Both the position numbers and the translations under genes were made by a program. A stretch of 64,000 nt of DNA from Candidatus Woykebacteria bacterium RBG_13_40_15 (GTDB lineage: Bacteria; Patescibacteriota; Microgenomatia; Woykebacterales; RBG-16-39-9b): contig MHCP01000015.1 in assembly GCA_001816655.1 (NCBI GenBank), positions 96,049-160,048 of the forward strand, written 5' to 3'. Shown here piece after piece: positions 58,838-64,000 of the stretch. Within the stretch, counting starts at the first letter, position 1, and each line of letters starts with the position of its first letter. The notes under the pieces are model-generated. The model ran no database searches. It was given only the letters and a program-made list of their open reading frames with translations, and was not told the origin of the DNA.

Positions 58838-59290
58838 ATGGAGAAGAAAATTGCAAGTACAACCAGACAAAGAACGCCAAAAAAATTAGAACCAGAAAGA
58901 AATTGGTTTTTATTCGATGCGGAGGACGAGATACTTGGTCGTCTAGCAGCAAAAATAGCACCAATTTTAATGGGAAAAAATAAAGTCTCTTGGCTGCCTT
59001 ATTTGGATAAAGGCGACTTCGTTGTGGTAGTTAACGCCTCGAAAGTAGCAATCAGCGGCAATAAAGAAGAAGATAAAAAATACTACCGATACTCTGGTTA
59101 TCCAGGAGGGTTAAAAACTGAAAACCTAAAAGTTAAGAGAGCTACTAAACCACAAGATATCATTTATCATGCAGTAGCCGGAATGTTGCCAAAAACTAAA
59201 TTAGGTAGACAAATGATTAAAAAACTTTTTGTTTACCCTTGCGATAAACATCCACACGAGGCTCAAAAACCAGTGAAGATGGGAGGTTAA
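58838..59290 (+). CDS. rplM: 50S ribosomal protein L13
   Basis: LGRLA, GDFVVVVNA, YSGYPGG, GMLPK. Confidence 0.98.
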   Translation: MEKKIASTTRQRTPKKLEPERNWFLFDAEDEILGRLAAKIAPILMGKNKVSWLPYLDKGDFVVVVNASKVAISGNKEEDKKYYRYSGYPGGLKTENLKVKRATKPQDIIYHAVAGMLPKTKLGRQMIKKLFVYPCDKHPHEAQKPVKMGG

Positions 59291-59291
59291 A

Positions 59292-59756
59292 ATGCCAAGA
59301 AAAAAGAAAGAAGAAATTAAAACCAGCGAAAAAGAAGTAAAAGAAAAAAAAGCAAAGAAAGTGCCCGTTGAAACTCTAATGGGTACAGGAAGAAGAAAAA
59401 CATCAATTGCCACAGCTTGGTTAAAGCGAGAAAAAGGAGTCTTTACCGTAAACGAAAAACCGATGGAAGAATATTTCCCTGGTGAGGCAGCAAAGAAAAT
59501 TTATGAAGAGCCCTTGAGGGTGGTAAACCGAGTCGGCCAAATATCAGGGACAATCAAAGTTTCCGGTGGTGGTACTGCTTCTCAGTTGGGTGCAGTGGTT
59601 CATGCCCTTTCTCATGCATTAGCGAAGGCAGACCAATCATATAGAGAGATTCTTTCAAAAAAGAAATTTCTGACTCGTGATTCTCGGATGAAAGAGCGTC
59701 GTAAATATGGACACGCAGGAAAAGCCCGTAAGAAAAAGCAAAGCCCGAAGCGATAA
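59292..59756 (+). CDS. rpsI: 30S ribosomal protein S9
   Basis: GRRKTSIA, LTRDSRMKERRKYG. Confidence 0.97.
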   Translation: MPRKKKEEIKTSEKEVKEKKAKKVPVETLMGTGRRKTSIATAWLKREKGVFTVNEKPMEEYFPGEAAKKIYEEPLRVVNRVGQISGTIKVSGGGTASQLGAVVHALSHALAKADQSYREILSKKKFLTRDSRMKERRKYGHAGKARKKKQSPKR

Positions 59757-59799
59757 TCCTAAGATTTTCGAAGGACAGAGTCCGAAACGATAAATAGAG

Positions 59800-59837
59800 G
59801 AGTCGAGGCCAACCAGTAAACCAGCTGACCTCGACCC
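59800..59837 (-). terminator. 3' hairpin of the GC-rich 3D-domain gene
   Basis: Reverse complement GGGTCGAGGTCAGCTGG-TTTA-CTGGTTGGCCTCGACTC; G-U pairs favour the minus strand. Confidence 0.6.
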
Positions 59838-59907
59838 AAAGGTTCCAATCAGGAAAAGACCACCCCTAGACCGCCAAGGATTTCCCTATATGCTGCAGGG
59901 AGACAGC

Positions 59908-60495
59908 CTAGTCTCGCCAGATGATGAACCCGTTTCCCCTAAAAGGGAAATTGTAGCCCTTACCGTTTTCTGCAACCCAGATATCCACCTTGTTTCCAGT
60001 TACAGCTCCTCCGGTGTCTTCGCAGGTGTAGACTTGATCCGAGTTGTCACCAACGATGGTGAACTCTCGCCCCAACCATTCAATAGGGCAAGCAGCCACA
60101 CCAGGGCGAACAGGGGTGCCGGACTTAGTGTTACCACAATAACCGCCACCATCATCACCTAGCACTTCTACTGTCTTACGGCAGTAGTAGAAGGCGATCC
60201 AGACTTCGGTGCCTAGATTTGCCTTGGAGGTTGGGGGGTTTGGTTGTGGTTGTTCCTCAGCCACAGGGGGTGAACTTGCGGCCCGCATCTCTGGTTGCGG
60301 TATACCCGGGGTTGGTGTTGGTGTTACCATCGTGGGGGTTGGAGTGACTAGAGACGTTTCTTGAGAGAGCTTGACTTGGGTCTGTTCTCGAGGGTTTTGC
60401 CCAGCAGATCTTTGATTGTGTTGGTGCATGTTGGTACGAATCCCAGGTATCAGTGCCACTAGTAGAACTAGGATTAGCACCAGCCAGACGCGCAA
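59908..60495 (-). CDS. Secreted 3D-domain (MltA-like) peptidoglycan-remodelling protein with P/T linker; GC-rich
   Basis: Signal/anchor, TPTPT linker, TKSG..V..GVAAC...CEDTGGAV.GNKVDIW. Confidence 0.75.
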   Translation of the reverse strand: MRVWLVLILVLLVALIPGIRTNMHQHNQRSAGQNPREQTQVKLSQETSLVTPTPTMVTPTPTPGIPQPEMRAASSPPVAEEQPQPNPPTSKANLGTEVWIAFYYCRKTVEVLGDDGGGYCGNTKSGTPVRPGVAACPIEWLGREFTIVGDNSDQVYTCEDTGGAVTGNKVDIWVAENGKGYNFPFRGNGFIIWRD

Positions 60496-60584
60496 TCTCC
60501 CTTTCTCCTTGAGCAGCCTTTCCCGTCACACCGGAACCAACCTGAGGATAACAGTTTAAAGTGAGATTGTAAACAGGCAAGTGA

Positions 60585-60785
60585 CTAATACATTTTTCCG
60601 CGGAAGATGGCTTGGTAGAATAAAAGAAGACTAATTGCTCCGGGTAAAATTGCAAACTTTTTTGCTAAATCCCAAGGCAATTGGACTAAGAGGAAAGCGG
60701 CCACAAGCAATATTATTGCCCAAGCAATTATTGGCATTCTCGTTAATTTCCAAATAATATCTTTCCAACGGTTTTGCGTTTCCAT
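60585..60785 (-). CDS. Small membrane protein
   Basis: 66 aa, two hydrophobic segments. Confidence 0.5.
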   Translation of the reverse strand: METQNRWKDIIWKLTRMPIIAWAIILLVAAFLLVQLPWDLAKKFAILPGAISLLLFYQAIFRGKMY

Positions 60786-60821
60786 ACTTTCCTAAATCAA
60801 TTATAATACAGATTGCGCTAA

Positions 60822-60896
60822 CGGGGTGTAGCTCAGTGGTAGAGCACAGGGCTGGGGGTCCTGGTGCCGGAGGTTCGATTCCTCTCACCCCGACCA
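60822..60896 (+). tRNA. tRNA-Pro(GGG)
   Basis: CGGGGTG acceptor, anticodon loop CT-GGG-GG, GGTTCGATTCC, encoded CCA. Confidence 0.95.
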
Positions 60897-60932
60897 ATTC
60901 TCGACAAATAATTTTGGTAGTATAATCTAAGT

Positions 60933-61340
60933 ATGTATATCGCATATGCTATTCTTGCTGCTTTTACAGCTGGTTTGGTCGCAATATTTGGAAAAATTGG
61001 TCTTGAAAAAGTTGACACCACTTTGGCCACAACCATCCGCGCAATAATAATGGCCGCTATTTTGCTTCTGACAAGTCTCGCACTCCGAAAGTGGAATCTC
61101 TCGCAAATAGATAGTAGAGCATTCCTTTACATTTTTCTGGCCGGTCTTGCTGGAGCAGTCTCTTGGCTCTTCTACTTTTTGGCTTTGAAAAGCGGCCCAG
61201 CTACAGCGGTTGCTGCACTTGATCGATTGAGTGTTGTTTTTGTGCTTGTTTTGGCGGCTATATTTTTGAATGAAAGTCTGACAGTTAAAACTGTAATTGG
61301 TGGGGTCTTAGTAGTAGTAGGCGCACTTCTTTTTATCTAA
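60933..61340 (+). CDS. EamA/DMT family transporter (single domain)
   Basis: AIFGKIGL..VD..LAT.IR, SWLFYF.AL, LDRLSV, FLNE. Confidence 0.88.
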   Translation: MYIAYAILAAFTAGLVAIFGKIGLEKVDTTLATTIRAIIMAAILLLTSLALRKWNLSQIDSRAFLYIFLAGLAGAVSWLFYFLALKSGPATAVAALDRLSVVFVLVLAAIFLNESLTVKTVIGGVLVVVGALLFI

Positions 61341-61942
61341 TTTACTCCAACCTTCTCCATCACATCCCCTATCTTTATTTTGTCAACCACATCTATGCCA
61401 GAGATTACTTTTCCAAAGATCGTATATTTTTTCGGTAAGTCATTGGTTGCCAGCATTATGAAAAATTGACTGCCGTTTGTATTTGGGCCGGAATTTGCCA
61501 TGGCTACTATTCCTCGATCGTAATTACGTGTAACCGTTTCATCTTCGAATTCATACCCTGGGCTACCGGTTCCGTCTCCATTTGGATCCCCGCCTTGGAT
61601 AACAAAACCCTCCTCTCGGCGATGGAATGTTAACCTATCATAAAATCCTTGTTTTGAAAGAAATATGAAATTACTAACTGCTTTTGGAGCTTCCTCACCA
61701 AATAGCTCGATTTGTATATCTCCTTTAGCAGTTTTAATTAATGCTACTTTATTTTTCAATTCTTCAGCGGAAAAAACACCGGGAAATTTATCGAATTTTT
61801 TACTTTTCTCCCCCAAAGCATTTGTTGTAGATTGATTAGGCACGATAGAACCCTCCTTTTTTGTTTTGTTATTAATAGAAAAAGCTACTAAGATAATTAT
61901 AATCAAAGCAGCTACTCCGACAAAAATACTAGTTGATTTCAT
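61337..61942 (-). CDS. Cyclophilin-type peptidyl-prolyl isomerase with N-terminal anchor
   Basis: FHR..GFVIQGGDP, AMANSGPNTNGSQFFI, YTIFGKV. Confidence 0.93.
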   Translation of the reverse strand: MKSTSIFVGVAALIIIILVAFSINNKTKKEGSIVPNQSTTNALGEKSKKFDKFPGVFSAEELKNKVALIKTAKGDIQIELFGEEAPKAVSNFIFLSKQGFYDRLTFHRREEGFVIQGGDPNGDGTGSPGYEFEDETVTRNYDRGIVAMANSGPNTNGSQFFIMLATNDLPKKYTIFGKVISGIDVVDKIKIGDVMEKVGVN

Positions 61943-61979
61943 AGAAAAATTATTCTAACACATTTTTCAAAATCAGAAC

Positions 61980-62045
61980 AATCGTAAGGTTACCTGTCCG
62001 TCGGCAGGCGGACATCTCGCCACCCCTTCTATGGTGAGATATAGT
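61980..62045 (-). repeat. Palindromic intergenic repeat, copy E, with a nested 20-nt hairpin insertion
   Basis: AATCGTAAGGTTAC[CTGTCCGTCGGCAGGCGGAC]ATCTCGC..GTGAGATATA matches the reverse complement of copy A. Confidence 0.6.
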
Positions 62046-62087
62046 CCGCTTTGCGTACTGTTTCTCTAGGGATATATAATTAGTTTA

Positions 62088-63329
62088 ATGAGTGAGACTT
62101 CTGAAATTCCCCAAAGCCCGCCCGAAGGTGGAATAGCTACAGAAAAACCTGTTCCTACAGCCGCAGAACAGAAAAAGCAAGAACCAGAAGAAAAAGACCC
62201 ATTTAAATTGGAAATAGAGGGAGCTGGGGATGAGATTCGCGAGTTACTGAAAAGAGAAAACTTTATAGCACATGATAATGACGATTTAATTAGACAACTA
62301 GAAGACCCAAATCGTCGGTTTGCAACCTTAGTTGGGTTTAGGAGAGAAGAAGGAAGAGAGCTTCCGGTTAAAAGATTTTTCAAAGGCCCCCTGCCGCAAC
62401 AAGATCCAGAAAGAGACGAAAAAACAAGGCTTGCTTTCCAACGCCAAACCCTCGCACATTATTATTTGGATATGCATACAGAAGTCCCGCTTGCAGAAAT
62501 ATTTGAATTTAACGCCGATCCTTCAAAGGGACCGATGTATGCTGTTATGGCGACTTACGAGGAAGGATCTGGTATTGGGTTTTTAAGAGGTTACGAGGAC
62601 ATTGGTAAGCTAACACCAAAGCACGCTAGACTTGCAGTCCGGGCAATAAGAGGTTTAGCCCATCAAGAAAATGGAATTACGCCTGAGTTAGCAGAGGTTT
62701 TAGATAAAAGACCCGCCTACCAAGACTTCGAAGGTTTTGAAGGAAATATGACTGCTATTTTGGATAAGCCGGTAATTGGAGCAGGCAAGCCTCACTCCGA
62801 GGATAAAAGACCTTTGCATAAGATTTTGGAAGAAAGAACTAGAATAGGCGGTTTTAGGGAAAAGGCTTTAAGTCTGGTCGCCTGCTTGAAAACAACTATT
62901 GAAGAAGGACAAAAAGGTATTCATTTGGTTCACGGTGATTTGGCACCAAACAATCTTTTTCTTGGAGACGGAATAAAGGCCGAAGAACTAATGTTCTTAG
63001 ATTTCGAGTGGGCGGGTATAAGTGGTAATCAAATACTTGCCGAGGCTTATGATTTTGGAAATTTGCGGGCACGGTCATGGACAAACGAAGAATTTAGAGA
63101 TTCTTTGGATAAAGAAATGATTGAAAGTTACGCGTCAGAAGGCCGTGAAGATATTGGTAGGGCAATTGTTACCCTTGGAATTTTAAGATCGCATATGAAT
63201 CTCGCTGGTTTTTTTGAAAATTACCCACCCGAAAAATCTGAACAACAAATACAAATTGAACGTCGCGAAGCAACAGAAAAAGATATTGCTAAAGCATGGG
63301 AAGTTTTAGGACTTAATCCTAAAGCTTAA
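62088..63329 (+). CDS. APH/choline-kinase-like phosphotransferase
   Basis: LVHGDLAPNN (Brenner motif) and FLDFEW; acidic/Pro-rich N-terminus. Confidence 0.75.
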   Translation: MSETSEIPQSPPEGGIATEKPVPTAAEQKKQEPEEKDPFKLEIEGAGDEIRELLKRENFIAHDNDDLIRQLEDPNRRFATLVGFRREEGRELPVKRFFKGPLPQQDPERDEKTRLAFQRQTLAHYYLDMHTEVPLAEIFEFNADPSKGPMYAVMATYEEGSGIGFLRGYEDIGKLTPKHARLAVRAIRGLAHQENGITPELAEVLDKRPAYQDFEGFEGNMTAILDKPVIGAGKPHSEDKRPLHKILEERTRIGGFREKALSLVACLKTTIEEGQKGIHLVHGDLAPNNLFLGDGIKAEELMFLDFEWAGISGNQILAEAYDFGNLRARSWTNEEFRDSLDKEMIESYASEGREDIGRAIVTLGILRSHMNLAGFFENYPPEKSEQQIQIERREATEKDIAKAWEVLGLNPKA

Positions 63330-63371
63330 ACTTGTTTACAAGTATTAAAAGTTTGGTTTATACTTAAATTA

Positions 63372-64000
63372 ATGGATTTTTCTGCCCTGATAAAAAAATC
63401 ATTCGATATTGCCTGGCACAATAGAGTGCTTTGGCTTTTTGGCTTTTTATCCGGTGGCGTAACAGGCATTGGTTCCTTAAATCCGAATAGTTTCAATATC
63501 GGGCTACCAAGCTCTGAAAAATCAACGGAGCACACAAGTAATGTACTTGGAGCTATGGACCCTTCAGCAATTTCCTCGCAGACCTGGTTAATAATACTTT
63601 TAGTAGCGGCTTTGGTTATATTGGTTCTTGTATTAATTGCGATTTTTGTCAGTAATTGGGCTGCTGGGGCATTGGTTTTTTCAATTCTTGAGCGGGACAA
63701 ACAAAGACCCTCATTTAGTGTGGGGGCGCGTGCCGGATTTAAGTATTGGTGGAAGTTTTGGCTGCTTACACTTACTTTAGGACTTTTAATTTTAGCCTTT
63801 ATGTTAATGCTAGCTTTACCGGCCATCCTACTTTTTATTAGTAGGCTGCAGGTGTTGGCGATAATTTATATAGTTTTAGCGGTTATTATATTTGTGCTGG
63901 CAATTTTTGTGATTTCCACAATTGGATCACTAATCATTACTATTTCTCAAAGAATTATTATTCAAAAAGAAGTTGGGGTGTTGGAATCAATTAGACTTTC
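63372..64000 (+). CDS. Multi-pass membrane protein (runs off the window end; not in ORF track)
   Basis: Open frame MDFSALIKKSFDIAWHNRVLWLFG... with several TM segments to base 64000. Confidence 0.8.
   Translation, partial: MDFSALIKKSFDIAWHNRVLWLFGFLSGGVTGIGSLNPNSFNIGLPSSEKSTEHTSNVLGAMDPSAISSQTWLIILLVAALVILVLVLIAIFVSNWAAGALVFSILERDKQRPSFSVGARAGFKYWWKFWLLTLTLGLLILAFMLMLALPAILLFISRLQVLAIIYIVLAVIIFVLAIFVISTIGSLIITISQRIIIQKEVGVLESIRL

Noticed and set aside
1281-59413. Numerous antisense or out-of-frame ORFs within dnaK, infB, pnp, ftsK, rpoBC, fusA and r-protein genes
   Set aside because: Ser/Phe/Leu-rich mirror translations fully nested in conserved genes, with no RBS or motifs.
59890-60162. 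Plus-strand 90-aa ORF
   Set aside because: Antisense shadow of the 3D-domain gene, which has recognisable motifs.
60631-61036. Minus-strand ORFs of 104 and 67 aa
   Set aside because: Antisense to tRNA-Pro and the EamA gene.
63326-63826. Minus-strand 166-aa ORF
   Set aside because: Shadow of a plus-strand membrane-protein gene starting at 63372 that runs off the window.
1-64000. Alternative genetic code (TGA recoding)
   Set aside because: TGA terminates infB, rplX and fabG at the expected lengths, and conserved genes are uninterrupted under code 11.

Overview
Bacterial chromosomal window, AT-rich, genetic code 11. Gene content points to a Patescibacteria/CPR (Microgenomates-like) organism (inference): no rpmD between rpsE and rplO, short HrcA/IF-2/AlaRS, and an FtsA-like plus baseplate-J-like gene pair before mltG. 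Most of the window is core: hrcA-grpE-dnaK...dnaJ; nusA-infB-rpsO-pnp-udg-rnj-ftsK; alaS, mltG; rpoBC; the str, S10, spc and alpha operons; rplM-rpsI; tRNA-Pro. The notable accessory content is as follows. (1) A ~7 kb insert between dnaK and dnaJ holds an array of GC-rich, SD-led transcription units with unrelated payloads (hypotheticals, fabG plus two hotdog dehydratases, a secreted gluzincin). They share a near-identical promoter repeat (AAAACTTGAAATTTCTATAAGTCA...TATAAT), and pairs of them share homologous leaders or 3' hairpins. No recombinase is encoded in the window. (2) A promoter-driven minus-strand unit consists of an atypical tRNA-Asn followed by a ~370-nt four-domain structured RNA carrying three anti-Shine-Dalgarno motifs. 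A second anti-SD hairpin lies upstream of rpsL. (3) Three diverged gene-end duplicates (radical SAM 5' end, dnaJ 5' end, rpsG 3' end). (4) A five-copy palindromic intergenic repeat. All calls were made by eye from the sequence and the ORF track; no database searches or folding programs were run.
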